A stretch of 64,000 nt of DNA from Callorhinchus milii (lineage: Eukaryota), in the NCBI RefSeq assembly GCF_018977255.1, contig NW_024704742.1, forward strand, positions 128,714,001 through 128,778,000, read 5' to 3'. The number at the start of each line of letters is the position of its first letter. The first letter of the stretch is position 1. Positions 34,672 to 48,080 of this stretch are shown here, piece after piece. A program made the translations under genes and the position numbers. The notes beneath the pieces were generated by a model, which had not been told where the DNA came from, did no database searches, and saw only the letters and a program-made list of their open reading frames with translations.

Positions 34672-34702
<31 letters not shown>
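33643..34702 (+). mobile_element. Long-subfamily SINE (33643-33935 plus 34620-34702) split by an L2 insertion
   Basis: Head and body lie to the left of the L2; the tail resumes to its right. Confidence 0.88.
33936..34612 (-). mobile_element. L2 3' fragment nested in a SINE
   Basis: LGILFDPELNF...SRLDYANSLL...QRIQFKILVLTFKALHGLAP. Confidence 0.92.
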
Positions 34703-34971
34703 TCTCTCACTTCTTTGTATAAATAGTGTTTTCTGGATTTACTATCAAACCATTTTAATTTTAAGATTTCAAAGAATTACATAGATTACAAAGAATTATA
34801 TCTTTGTTCTGGATTTCCCAGTAGTTTCCCAGTAACAGTCAGTTTCTGTTATTGGTGTTAAAATTCTGGCATTCTTAAATACATTGTTCCTTAATAAAGG
34901 AACACAGTTAAATTGTATTTTTCTCATGCACCATTTGTGAAGCTATGTTGCATAGCATGCAGAGAACACTA

Positions 34972-35390
34972 TTTTTGGATTAGCCAGGTGTCTGACACAT
35001 GTGGAAGCCCATCACCTTCCTACAAGTATTGAACCAGACAGAGAGTTCTGCATATGTTTGCCAACTACATATGGAAAATCTCCTGTCTCTGGAATGGAAT
35101 GTGAACTCTCTCCCTGAAGTGCCACATCTTACTTATCTAATCCTTGAGAAAATTAGGTACATATTGGCAAAAGCCAAGGTTTAGGAACCTCATGATTTGC
35201 ATTGGGGTACTAGCCAAGTCTAACCAACTAAAACTGCAGAGCTTGCCATTGCTTGTCCAGCTAGTGCATCTCTACCCATAAAGGCATTGGCTTTCAGAGT
35301 TAACAGGAGCTGAGTGGAAAAAATCCCTGCTCCTTCAATCTGCCCCTCCAGATCCTGTCGATGATCCTGGCTGGCTGTTCTGTAATTTGG
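34972..35390 (+). mobile_element. Unclassified interspersed repeat, partial copy
   Basis: Colinear with the copy at 40988. Confidence 0.8.
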
Positions 35391-36134
35391 TCTTGTTACA
35401 AATTAATATTTTGTGTTAATTGTGGGATGTGGTCTGAGTTCCAGTAACTTGTGCCTGGGCTAGTAACTGCTAATGTTGGGCAACCTGTGAGATCCCAAAA
35501 CTAGTCTGGTCTATTCCCAAAACTGGTCTATTCCTCCATGTGTTTGTCCTCTTCTCCTCCACATGCAACCATCATATTGCATTAGGAATAGAAAGCCTAT
35601 GGAATTCTCCAGTATTCCCTTGCTGTTAATAAGGAGAGGCTATCTTTATTCCTTCAGTCAGTGTTGTATTTAAACTTAGATGAGGTCGGTTTGCAAACTC
35701 ATTGCACCGTCAACTACTTCTCATGCTGCTCTTTATCTACTTGGGCTATCAGCCTCCTTTGGAATAAGATCCTTTACCATTTTCTTGGCTAACAATATGC
35801 TAACGGTGAACGATTCCTACTGGGGCAGTGTTTGAAATTTGATGTAATCCCAGCAGAATGAAATGTTGGCTGTGGAGCTGTTGATGTGGTAGAAGTGATA
35901 AGCACTCAAAAGCCTTCTCTTTTCATACGGTGAACAGGATGGCATTCAGCAGAAATCAAATCTCCGGGTTAAGAAGTTGCCTACAGTGCAAACCAATGTT
36001 ACAATTGGTATAGCAGCTAAGAGAGTTGCTTTTTGACTGATGTTACTTGAAAACAATAAAACAATTAGTTAAAATGTGCTCAATGCTCAATTATTTTCTA
36101 ACAATTTATGTTGTTGGAGTCTAGCCAGCATTGA

Positions 36135-36760
36135 TAATAATAATCATAATAATAATAATCCTGCAATTGATATAACACCTTATCACGTGATTGAAATGTC
36201 TCAAAGCGCTTTGCAGAATATACTTAAAGTGAATTGACGGTATTTTTTGGGGGTGAAACTGATGCTGGTAAACTCTTCAATCTGTACTTATATGAAATCT
36301 CATTGTATAAAATAGCTAACAGCAAATCCAAAAGGAGAGTTTAGAAAGAACTTCTTGAAGCAAAAGGTGGTGAAAATGTGCAACTCGCTGCTGGACAATG
36401 TGGTTGATTAAAAAGCATCAGCTAATTCAAAATAATAATAATAGTCTTTACATTTGGTTTTGCATCTTTCACATCAGGAGGATGTCTCAAAGTGCTAATA
36501 ATAATACTTGCAGTTGATATAGCACCTCAACATGTCATTGAGACATCTCAAAGCGATTCACAGGATATACTGTAAAGTGGATTGACTGTGTATTTTGTGG
36601 ATGAAACGTGGCAACCAATTGTGCACAGCAATGTTTCACAACCACCCATGGAGTGAGTAACCAATTTTATTTGGGGAATTGTTGAAGTACCCATCTTCTC
36701 TTTTTGAATAGTGCCATGGGATCTTTAACATCCTTCTGAACAGGCAGATGGGACCTTGAT
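36135..36760 (-). mobile_element. Cluster of SINE/DeuSINE tails with a short CR1 piece
   Basis: Repeated AATAATCC/TTGCA..GATATA..TCTCAAAGCG tails and a Deu segment GTGCCATGGGATCTTTAACATCC. Confidence 0.75.
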
Positions 36761-37734
36761 AATCCTACGTAAATAAAGTAGGAAGTAAAGGTTCGGAAGT
36801 GACCAGCATTTGTTAGATCCCATTATGCCTTGTATTTAGAAATAAACTTTCAAAACTGGTTTTCATGAAAACAGTGCCCTTGAAAAGATTTCAAATTCAG
36901 CACATTTTAGTGACAACAGAAATATAATCCTTTTTTCCTTATTACAAACTATTAAACCATTTCACAGAAATGCTATTGTCAGAAAAACTTTCTTCTAGTG
37001 GGACCTGAACCTATGACCCAATCCGAAGATAAATCCGACCATTGTGAGTTAGTTTATGTGAATTGTATTTCCAAACTAGAGAAATTGTTCAATTATTTTT
37101 AAAATAGGCTCTCTATGGACCTGTCAGAACATCAAAACCCTTTAATTGGAATTGCATTTGCTCCCAGTGCTGAACTAAGATATTTCTCTCTAAGAATCGT
37201 ACTTTATTATTTAAATCTTCTGCTCCCAGCTCTATGATATCAGCACAAGCAATCTTACGACCTAGTGTCCATACTTGTACACCAGCGCTTACTGGTATTA
37301 CACTAGTAATGTTCTGAGCTATTATTTCAAGCACTCTGGGATATTCCCCTGCATGAGAGGTGCTATATAAATACTATGTGAAGGACACTATATTAATATA
37401 TAACTAATAGGTTGCTATTATTGTAGTGTATGCACATGTCTAATATAAGGCATGTGTGTAATGTATGGGGTTTCCTAATGTATTCATTCTAAAATGCGAT
37501 AATATCTGGTTCACAAATGGGGTTCCTTTGAAGAACTTGAGCTTGTCAATATCCCAAATGCAAGGATTATTATTATTATGTCTCTGAGACTTGCAGGAAC
37601 TCTTTTGCGAACGTGGATATGGTCAGAGCCACAGACCTGTTTGGCCTAAACCAATTACTAGAAGTAATCCCTACTTGCACTCTGAGTCTTTGCATTGAAA
37701 ATAATGACCTGTGGTTTATTGTATCCACATGAAC

Positions 37735-38132
37735 AGGCAGATCCTCGGTTCGACTTCAAGATCCTCACTCTTGTCTTCAAATCCCTCCACTCCTCTGCAG
37801 CCCCCTAACTCTCTGACCTCCTCTCTCCTCACAACAGTGCCCGTTGCCTTTGCTTCACTGGGTCTGGCTTCCTCATCCCCCAAATCCTCCGGTCCACCAT
37901 TGGCAGCCGTGCCTTCAGCCACTACGCTCCGAGGCTCTGGAGCTCCCTTCCTCACGCCCTTCGCCTCATCCCCTCTCTTCCTATTTTCAGGTCTCGGCTG
38001 AAGACCTTTCTTTTCGACTGCGCCTTTGGTCACCTTCTTCCCCCTCCCCTGGCTCGGCCCCGGGATCCATTACTGGGAAGCACTCTGAGAAACCATCCGA
38101 CGTGGAAGGCGCCATATAAATCCAAGTTGTTG
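37735..38132 (+). mobile_element. L2 3' fragment (second family)
   Basis: Reverse complement of the 7977-8380 type. Confidence 0.9.
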
Positions 38133-39629
38133 CTGTGGTTAACGTCTTATCTGAAAGCTAGCACCTATAAAGCAGCACACGCCCAGCACTGTATTGGAAT
38201 ATCATCTCAGACTGTGAGCTCAATGTCCTGATATAGAGCTTGAACCTATAACTTTCAAATTCAGAGGCAAGAGTGTCTTTAACCAAATCACAGTAGTACC
38301 GAGATCAGAAGAGAGGTACTTTTGAAAAAGACCATTTGATCTTAGCTGTTTGATTTTATCTTCCAGATCACTAATCTTAGCATCTTCCCATTAGAACAAC
38401 AATCAGGTTCTTTAATCAGTTCAGCATCCTGGCCTTTACGACCTTCCTGGTAACCCCTTCCAGCTGATAACTTTCTCTCGTGGAAATAAATCGTTGCCTA
38501 AAATTGCTTTTCACAACCCTGCACCAATGCTCTCTTTGTCCTGTTTTTCTGGTGTATCCAGAAGTATCGCTCTGAATTTACTACAGAGCTACAGTGGATA
38601 TAGACAGACCAGGTGCCTGTGAGTAGTCAGGAGTATCTTCATGATCTCTGCTCCAGTAACCATTGTTGCTCTGTCAATTCTGTCAGGCAGTGCCCGTTAT
38701 CATCTGTCCAGGGCTGACCTGTATCTTTTAACAATCTGAAATACGAACTGGCAAACCTTTTGCATGTTCTCCAAACACAGATCCAAGTCAATATTGTTTT
38801 TTTTATTGATATCAGATGTTATCTCAACACAGAATTCATTGGATCAGGATAAGCGAGCAAAATTATTAATTAAAAACATCTTGAAAGAAAGAGAAACAAA
38901 AAGAAAGGTAATAAATTGGAAGAATATAATGTAATGAAAAGTGAAATGGAACATAAGAGGTGATAGAGTAGGAGAAAATAGTAAAATAAAAGTCTTTGAA
39001 ATAGTGTTATATGAATTGAAACTCATTATACTGAAGTTGTTCTGTGATCGGCAATTAGAACATTTTAAGTGCAATTAGTGAAATAGTTCAATTATTAACA
39101 TCAGTTAAATGTTTAATAAGTCTACCTAGCCAGATGTGACATGTTAGAATTAGACCAAATTCTGAACTACAGATGATTTTTTGAGTTATTTTCACAAAAT
39201 TTTTTTTTCGGTTCTTTATGATGCAGTTCGACTTTTTAATGTTCAATTCCTTTTCTACGTCATTCCTCAATGAACATTTGTCATTTACCTGATCTTGCCT
39301 GAAGCATTCCTTTCTCTCTCCCTGCTGTTTCTCCGCAGGTATGTACCAATGGACCTTGAAACTCCTTTCTGCAAGTAAAGAACTAGCGAACTCTCAAACG
39401 TTTTTGCTTCTGTTTCACCTTTTGTTCTCGTTCTCTGAAACTCCTTCCCTCAATCCCTCCTTCCACCTTCTTTCAAAGCATATCTCAAAATGTACCTTTT
39501 TGACTGCACTTTCACTCATCATTTCCCCTTCCTATCCTTTTCAGCTCCCGGCTCAGATGCCCATCCAACTTTGCCAAGCGCTTTGAGACGTCCTCCTGAT
39601 ATGAGGTACAACTATAAGATAGCAATCGG

Positions 39630-39880
39630 AGTACCTAAATGAGAATTTAGGAAGAACCATTTCAAGCAAAGCGTGGTGGGAATGTGGAACTCACTGCCCA
39701 AAGCGATGGTTGAAGCAGATAATATAGATGCATTTAAAAGTAAGCTAGATACACACATGAGGGAGAAAAGAATGAAAGGGTTTAGGAGGAATAAGCGGTG
39801 GATGGAGACTCATGTAGAGCATAAACATCAGCACAGACTGGTTGGGCTAAATCATCTGTTTCCACGCTGTACAGTCAATG
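39630..39880 (+). mobile_element. CR1 3' fragment
   Basis: VVGMWNSLPKAMVEADNIDAFKSKLD. Confidence 0.85.
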
Positions 39881-39884
39881 TAAA

Positions 39885-40240
39885 TGGAGTCCTGTTGTTT
39901 ATTGGTTAGAGCACTCGCCGCGCAAGAGAGAGGATTTGGGTTCGATTCCGGGGCAGGCGAAACATTAGGTGCGTTTCCGTATTGCACAACGCCTCTGTTT
40001 ACTTAGCATTAAATAGGAACCCGGTTGTTATTTGATTGTGGATTGGTTTTCTGGGGATAATAATCCTTCAAAAAAAATGTATTACTAATTTTGGGACACT
40101 GCTGAGCACAATTGGCTGCTGTGTTTCAACTACAAAATGTACAGTCAATTCAATTTACAGTATATTCTGTGAAGCACTTTGGGAAGTCTTGAAGACACAA
40201 TAACACACTATATCAAATGCAAGGATTATTATTTATTATT
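39885..40240 (+). mobile_element. tRNA-derived SINE, long (older) subfamily
   Basis: GGTTCGATTCC B box, GCCTCTGTTTACTTAGC segment and tail. Confidence 0.88.
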
Positions 40241-40394
40241 ATAAATATATGAAATGCTATTTAAATGTAAATTGTATTGTCTTGTATCTCTTCCTAACAG
40301 AATCTGTTGTATCCTGTCATATTCTGATAGGTGCTGGTTAGTTCCACAAGGTGCTCTTGTTTTAATTTCAGTATTTAAATTGTTGGAATGGAAT

Positions 40395-40766
40395 GGCCTC
40401 ACCCAGACCTACCTCTGCGACCTCCTATCCCCTATCAACCCACCCGCTCCCTCCGTTCAGCCGGCTCCAGCCTGCTCCATGTCCCCCGACCCACTCGCCC
40501 CACCATTGGCGGGAGAACTTTCAGCCACTCTACCCCCAACCTCTGGAATTCCATCCCCCAATCACTCCGCCTCGCCCCCTCCTTAGCCTCCTTCAAGTCC
40601 TACCTCAAGACCATCTTCTTCGACCATGCCATCGGCCACCCCCCTTCCCCTTCCCTCCCTTCTCCCCCCCGACCCCAGCTCAGGTCTGAAATGCTGTACA
40701 CTATCCAGCACCTTGGGACGTTCTCCCAATGTGAAAGGCGCTGTACAAATTTAATCCTGTTGATGT
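40395..40766 (+). mobile_element. L2 3' fragment
   Basis: YLCDLL..IGGRTFSHSTPNLWNSIP..FKSYLKT plus tail. Confidence 0.9.
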
Positions 40767-40987
40767 TAAATTGAAACTTTTGACTTACCAAAATTTTAAC
40801 GTATGCCTGTTCTTTTCCGACATGACACGACTTTAATTCAAATAACAAAATGGTGGTGTCTCATTGCAAAAATCTAATTGTTCAATAAAACATGGAACAA
40901 ATTATCAATACAGAACCTTCTAATAATAATAGTTTAATCAGAGCCAGGCATCTAAGAAGATGGAGCTCAGTGCAACAAGCACATTTT

Positions 40988-41602
40988 GTTGGGTCAGCCA
41001 AGTATCTGAAACATGTGGAAACCCATCACTGTGCTTAAGAGTATCCAAACCAAGCTGAGAATTCCATGCATCCCACCTACACATGGAAATTCCAGAGAAT
41101 AGATTATTGGAATGGAATGCGCACGCTCTCCCTGGAGGGACGCAACCTGCTTACCTAATTCCGGAAAGTATTAGGTGGATGTTGCCCAGCCCCAAGGCTT
41201 GGGAACCAAAAAGTGTGCATTGGGGTACAGCTCGAGTCTAACCAGCAAAAAATACATCGCTTGCCATTGATATTGCTGTCTGGCAAACTTCCCCACTGCT
41301 TGTCCAGCTGGGATCACACTACCCATTTAGGGCTTGGCTTTCAGTGTTAACTGGAGCTGAATGGGATGATGATTCCCTGCCTCCAGTGACTGGTCTGCCC
41401 TTCCAAATCCTGCTGATGAGCCAGGCTGGCTGTGCTGTCATCAACAGTGCCCTGGACTACTGCGGACCTGCCTGGCTTAGGAACCGGACAACCGAAACCG
41501 CCACAGAGGTCTTGATTCCGACATCCCGATGCCAAGCATGTCATCTAGGAGCAAGATTCCAAGGAAACCCCGCTTACTCTCCCGCCAAGGCGGATAGTAG
41601 CA
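40988..41602 (+). mobile_element. Unclassified interspersed repeat, reference copy (~615 bp)
   Basis: TGGGTCAGCC...GGATAGTAGCA; homologous segments at eight other loci in the window. Confidence 0.85.
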
Positions 41603-43138
41603 CACTAAGTATACTGGGAACCTCATATTAACAAAAGAAACTGAGGCAGGAAATTAAAAAAAACGAATATGGTTTAAAGGACTGGTTTCAGCAATGTTCT
41701 TTTCATTCTGTCTCAGGAAGTGGGCAAAGCTGATGTTTACCCAGCATTTATTGCCCATCCCTAGTTGCTCTATGTAAGATACTTCTTTTAAGAAATTAAT
41801 GGCAATTAAGTAAGAGCCCATCAGAAGGAGACAGGATGTATAAAAGGACACTGGGTGTGGGACCAAAGGGTGTGGTTTATAGTAGTAGATTGTAAGAAAC
41901 AAAGAAGACTATTTAAGCACCAATGGTTTGGATCTGGTATCATTACACACTAAAGTGGGCCTTTTCTTTAAACCATAGCTGTCCCTGTGGGGTTTTTTCT
42001 TCCACAGCGTTGGTTGGCAGTGAAAAATAACTCTCACTATTTCTGCTACAATTTTACTAATTCTGATCTTAAATGGTTTTGCTGCACATCCCCCACCCTC
42101 CCCGTGCCACCATCAGTTGGATGAGACTTCGATTCCTACACGCCTAACCGCCTTGCCTCTACCACTCCATTTCGCCCCCTCTTTTTCTGTCTAAAAGCCC
42201 TGCCTCTATTTTATCTCCCGCCTGACCCTTCTTCTTTGCTGGGGTGTCTAACCCCATCCTTGTAAGGCGCTCCAAGCATTACACTATGTGCAAGTCGTTG
42301 TTGAATAGTTCCAAAAATCTCTAAACATGCAGTTGGATATCGTAAGTTTTATTACTTTTTTGTTTATTGCTAAGTGCCAAGTGAAAAAAAATTATCTCAT
42401 AATGCTTGACATTTGCAAGAAGGTATGAATTTAAATCCCTTCTGTTCAACATGCATTGCTCATTTTACAGCTTGCTGTGCAAACATTGCTCCTGCATTGT
42501 CTTCTCACTAGTTCTCAGGCTGAGCACAAAGAGATACGGTTTGTTTGACATGTTCTGAGAGTAGTCTTGAGGACATAATTACAAGCCCTTCAAGCTTGCT
42601 TGGAGGTTGCTAGGCTCTGCCAATGCAATGCCAGAACTTAAACAAGAAGGACACTGTTTTAGTTGATTTTTATAGCACCTCTCTAAACACAGGGTAGGAA
42701 ATATATGTTAACAATTAATTCAGATTGAAAAGGCCTCACACAAACATTGCAACAAAGAATGACATTATCTTGTTTGCAAGCTGCTCCAAGCTGCAATAAA
42801 AATCACTTCATCAACAGCGAGAGAGATTTATTGTCTGCAGTAAGGGTTGCAGCTTTAGCTGTCTGCTGTTTTAGCAAAGACTTGGATTTATTGAGCAACA
42901 AAAGCAGACAAATGAATGTTATTTTTGACCGTGTTATTGTGTGTGCAGATATTGTCCACAATTTTAAAAGGGTTTTGACTAATGGATGAGATTTCAGCAT
43001 GGGTCATGCTTAGACACTGATAGTTAAATAGAACAAGGACAGGAGTAGCAGAGGACAGCATATGATTCTAGTAGCTGTGTGAAGTGTTAAACGTAAACTG
43101 CAAACGCACTCAAGATCTATTTACACAAGGATTTAAGT

Positions 43139-43635
43139 CAACAACAACTTGCACTTATATAGCGCCCTCCATGCAGGGTAGCGTCTCAGAGCCCTTAACA
43201 TTAGCGGTTGGGTGGGGGTGGGGAGGTGGCTGTAAGCACGGTCGAAGAGGAAGGTCTTCAGGCAGGACTTGAAAAAGGAGAGAGAGGGGGCAAGGCGGAA
43301 GAATTCAGGGAGAGTGTTCCAAATTTGGGGGCGAAGTGACTGAAAGCGCAACCTCCAATGGTGGGGTGGAGGGTGCAAGGGATGAGCAGGAGGCTGGTGT
43401 CAGTCGAGCGGAGGCGCCGGGTGGTGGATTGGGGAGTGAGGAGGTCGGAAAGGTAGGGAGGTGCCAGAGAGTGAAGGGATTTGATCACTTTGTTGATGGG
43501 GAGCCAGTGGAGCCTGACCAGAATTGGTGAGATGTGGGTAAGGAGTTTCGTCCGGATTAGTACCCAGGCAGCAGAGTTCTGAATGAACTGGATCTTTTGA
43601 ATAGTGGAGCTTGGGAGACCAACAAGGAGTGAAGT
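43139..43635 (-). mobile_element. L2 3' fragment
   Basis: [28 protein letters not shown]. Confidence 0.9.
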
Positions 43636-44574
43636 CAAATTCAGATCCGATTAAATTAAAGTAATCTTATTTTGCCTTTTTTGATTTTGATATCACTAAG
43701 AAAAATCATGCAGTAAAGAACTTCACAAATATTAATCCATGGAGCCACCATACCTGTTCGTATCAGATGTTTCTTTTTACCATAGAACGACATTCAATGC
43801 CATTCATTAAAATGACTATTGAAATTAAAGAGTCTTAATGATCTGATTGCTGGTCTCAATGCTGGCTTGCCACCTGTCTTTTTTTGGATAAAAGCTCTTG
43901 TTTCTGAATGTGCTGTCCGATAAAATTTCTAGAAATATATAGACATTTTCAGAGCAGAAAGTGTTCAAAATATTACAGTGACAGTATGTACAGGTAGCAG
44001 ATTGATCCAGTCTCATTAAACACTTGTTACAATCAATTCAAAATCTAGCAACCTTCAAGGTGACGAAATTCCTTCCTGGGTGTAACATCTCAATCTTAAA
44101 TTCATTTTAATGATCAGCAAAAAAAACACCAGAACACAAGCCACGATCCTATCCCTGTGCAGTCCGTATCTTAGTAAAAAGCATCATCTGTCACTGTCTT
44201 TTATCATTGTGCATGCCACACTGTGGGGTAGAAATCTCCACATATGGTATTAATGTTTGCATTGACATTAGCAACCTTTGGATAATTACCTCATTAACTG
44301 ATCTATATGCCGCCTGGAGGTGGACCCTGTGGATGATAATTTATACATCACACACGCCAATTTTTATTGAATTATCACATCAAATGTCACATTTTTCATT
44401 CCAATTCTTGTTAAAGTTCTCAGCTCTACTCATATTCAATACATTTCTCCCTATGTGCTATATTTGAATTGTAGCTCAAAAGAGTATTTAGCAAAAATCC
44501 TTGCATTTGATATAGTTAAAGTCAAGAGGATGTCTGAAAGTGTTTCATATGACATACTGTAAAGTAGTCCTCGC

Positions 44575-44906
44575 ATTTGCATTTGGTATAGCACCTTATC
44601 ACATCTTTGAGACGTCTCAAAGCGCTTTGTGCACAGCAGTGTCCCACAAACAGTCATGGATTGAGTGACCAATGTATTATAATTTTTTATTTTATCTATT
44701 TATTAATTTATTTATCTATTATTTTTTGAAGGGATTATTACCTCCGAAAAACCGATCTGCCAATCGACTAACAACCGGGTTCTTACTTACTGCTAGGTAA
44801 ACAGAGGTGGTGGAGTAAGGAAACTTGCCTAATGTTTGACTGGAAATCAAACTCAGGTCCGCTCGCTTGCTAGGTGAGTGCTCTAACCACTAAGCTACAG
44901 GATTCC
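44575..44906 (-). mobile_element. tRNA-derived SINE, long subfamily
   Basis: Head plus CCTCTGTTTACCTAGCAGTAAGTAAGAACCCGG segment. Confidence 0.88.
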
Positions 44907-44909
44907 GTA

Positions 44910-45240
44910 AAGTCTAGTTACTGACTGTGCATTTTGTAGGCCAACACAGCAGTCAAATTTGTGCACAGCAATATCCTACAAACAACCATGAAGTGAATGA
45001 TCAATTTTCTCTGGAGAATTGTTGAACACAACATCAAGAAAAATTCCCTTCTCTTTTTGAATAATGCCATGGGATCTTTACTGCCCACCTGAACAGGCAG
45101 ACAGCACTTTGGTTTCAAGTTTCATCTGACGATAGCACATCCAACATGTAGCAAATACAAGCATTGCATTGGAGTGTCAGCCTAGAATGAATTAGTCCAA
45201 AGTAGCAACATGGGGCTCAGAAGGAAGAGTACTACCAACC
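44910..45240 (-). mobile_element. Old DeuSINE
   Basis: Reverse complement of the 28983-type body. Confidence 0.8.
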
Positions 45241-46269
45241 ATATCAGTGGTATCTCTGGCTAACTCAACAGAGACTGACATTTGAACCTGGCACAGGTTT
45301 CAGTCTAACCAGTATAATTCTGCACGACTCCTATAGTTATGAATGGCTTCTTAAATTCTAGGTTATAATATGTTGTGTTCAAAATGTAAATCAATAAATG
45401 TAAAGCACACAATATAACACAAATTTACACTTATACAGCACCTTTCATGTCGGGAAGATGTCCCAAAGTGCTGGACTAAGGTTTAGTACAATCTAAAGTT
45501 TGCAATTCTGTATAATAAAAAAATTAAGTTCAGAACTCAACTGGTTAATAGTTTTATTTGCAATACATTTATCTGCAAAACATCATTCCTTGGCATTAAA
45601 ATTATAGTCTACTACACTGGTTAACCATTCTTTCCATGCAGTACTTTTACATTGCCAAGATATGCATGGCATCTAAACTCATAATTACATTAACTATTGT
45701 CTACAATAAACAATGGAAAATGAGCACAGATATTCTGTAGACTATATTTACAAATTAAACTAACAACCCTTAAGGCTAATGTGTTAAACCATGCCAATCT
45801 GTCAATACAATTTTATAAGATTTGCCAGAGAGATGCCCGCAATTTCAATGACAGTAAATCCTGCATTTTTTTAGGCTTTTAACTGAAACACATCAGAATG
45901 CAAGTTCTTAAATATTTATATGATTTCCACGCTTGCGCAACAAGATATCCAGCTCTAAGAGGTTTGCTGTTGTGAGAGACGATTACTGAAGGAGCTAGAA
46001 TAATTGAGGTCTAAATTGCAGCAATGCATAACAGATGTGGTTAGTAAAGGCTCCGAGTTGCAAACAATAATTCTTCCTGTAACTGGATGTATATCTACAA
46101 CTGGAGCAAAATTGCTGTAGGTTAATGTGACATACGTCCAATTATCAGAAGGAGTTACTATTTGCCATTTGGAGCCGCTGTTAAGAATCATCGTACCTTA
46201 GGCCCCAATGTCAATAAAGCTAACCTCAAGAGCATTTGAGAATCAACTGAAATTTCCTGGTGTAGATAG

Positions 46270-46445
46270 CGTCAGCCTGGCTAAGTTGGTAGCACTTTCG
46301 TCTTTGAGGCGAATGGTTGTGGATTCAAACCCCACATTGGGACTTTATATTCACAGTCTAGACTAATACTCCAGTACTCCTGTGCTGGGTGTGGGCTGTA
46401 TTGTTGGAGGTGCCGACTTCAGATAAATGACATCAAAGGGAAGGT
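46270..46445 (+). mobile_element. Old DeuSINE 5' part
   Basis: GTCAGCCTGGCTAAGTTGGTAGCAC..GGATTCAAACCCCACATTGGGAC. Confidence 0.75.
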
Positions 46446-46944
46446 TATATGTGGATTAGATGATGCCATTAGTTATCGACATGGTGGAATTTTCATTGGT
46501 GGCGGAATGGGGTAGGGGAGATTTGCTTAATTGACACATTATGATCATATTTGTCACTCCACAGTTTCCTTTGAGAGATAGTTGTGTACCTGTGATTTGA
46601 TGGGTGGCCAACACCCTCCATAGAAAGGTTGACTCTGCTCAGGACAGTGAAGGGCACCATCTGAAAATGCATCTTTCTTGTTTCTGCAGCAGTATTCACA
46701 AGATTCCAATCAGCACCTACAGAGATACCAAAAGATTTGTGTGTTACTGGGGTCAAGTGGCTCATTTCCTGCTTTTAATGTGTTAATCTGTGCTCCTCAT
46801 GGAAGTCTTTTCACTGAATGGTTTTACTTCCCAAGACGTAATAGCTAGGCCTCTGGATTGTACAGCTGCTACGAACGATTCCACTATTAAGGGTGTACAG
46901 AAATATTGACCTATGGACCCAGAAGGGCGAAATTTGGCCCATTA

Positions 46945-47662
46945 TGTCAACAACAACCTGCCTTTATAAAACCCCCTTCGTTTGGGTAGCGTCTTGGAGC
47001 TCTTAACAGCAGTGTGGTTTGACGATGAGCTGGAAGGAGAGGGAGGTGACCGAAGGCACAGTCATAGAAGAAAGTCTTCAGGTGTAATTTGAAGATGGGC
47101 AAAGAGGTGAAAATATGGATTGAGGCAGGATGTTCCAGAGGTTTGGGGTATAGTGGCTGAAAGTGTGTGCTATTACTGTTTGTTCCTCTGCCACCTACGG
47201 ATCAGATATTAAAATGAGGTACAGTCTTTCGTCGCTTCCCAACTGGACTATTCCAATGCCCTCTTCGCTGGTCTCCCCAGCTCTACCATACACAAAATTC
47301 AACTAATTTAAAACTCCACCACCTGGACACTCATCCTCACAAAACTCCATACCCCCATCACACCAGTCCTTGCCAAGCTCCGCTGACTCCCAATTACCAA
47401 ATGGATCGATTTCAAGATCCTCTCACTTGTTTTCAAATCCCTTCATGCCCTTGCACCTCCTACCTATCCAATCTGTTTATCCCCACTCCACCACCCGCTG
47501 CCTCCGCTCAGCTGGCTCCTGTTTGCACCTTGTCCCCTCCGTTCCACCATCAGTGGCTGTGCCTTCAGCCACTACGCCCCAAAACTCTGGAACTCTCCCT
47601 TAATCCCTCTGCCTGCCTTTCTACCCTGTGTAAAGGGCACTATATAAATGAAAGTTGTTGTT
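46945..47662. mobile_element. Two L2 fragments (minus 46945-47165, plus 47240-47662)
   Basis: L2 tails and an LDYSNAL remnant. Confidence 0.8.
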
Positions 47663-47754
47663 TTTCAATGAAACAAACTGATAAAACTAGTAAACAGGAG
47701 CTCCAGTTAGTGCTTTATCTCCGTAATATAAAACCTATAGTAGTTTTTTTTATC

Positions 47755-48080
47755 TGGCAAGATTCCTGCTGCTTGTTCAGTCAGAACCCCGTCTACCGGT
47801 TGGGACTTTTGGCTTGCAAGGTTAACAGGAGCTGAGTGGAAAGAATCCCTACCCCAAGTGACTGATCTGCCCCTCCAATTCGTGCCGATAAACCAGACTG
47901 TCTGGTCTGTCATCAACTGTGCCCTGGAGCCCTGTACACTCGCATGGTTCAAAAACTGGAACTACCGAGACCGCCAAAGAGAGTTGACTCAATTCCAACT
48001 TTCCGTTGGCAATCATGTCTTGGATCCAGCTCAATTGCATTGGGACTCTGTTTACCTCCCTCTCAAGGAGAAGTTTAGCA
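47755..48080 (+). mobile_element. Unclassified interspersed repeat, right half
   Basis: GGCTTGCAAGGTTAACAGGAGCTGAGTGG...TGTCATCAACTGTGCCCTGGAG...TAGCA. Confidence 0.8.

Noticed and set aside
41408..41500. Hammerhead ribozyme (CTGATGAG...GAAAC) in the unclassified repeat
   Set aside because: GAAA does not follow the stem closure, CTGATGA is not conserved across copies, and it pairs with a downstream TCATCA(A/G) instead.
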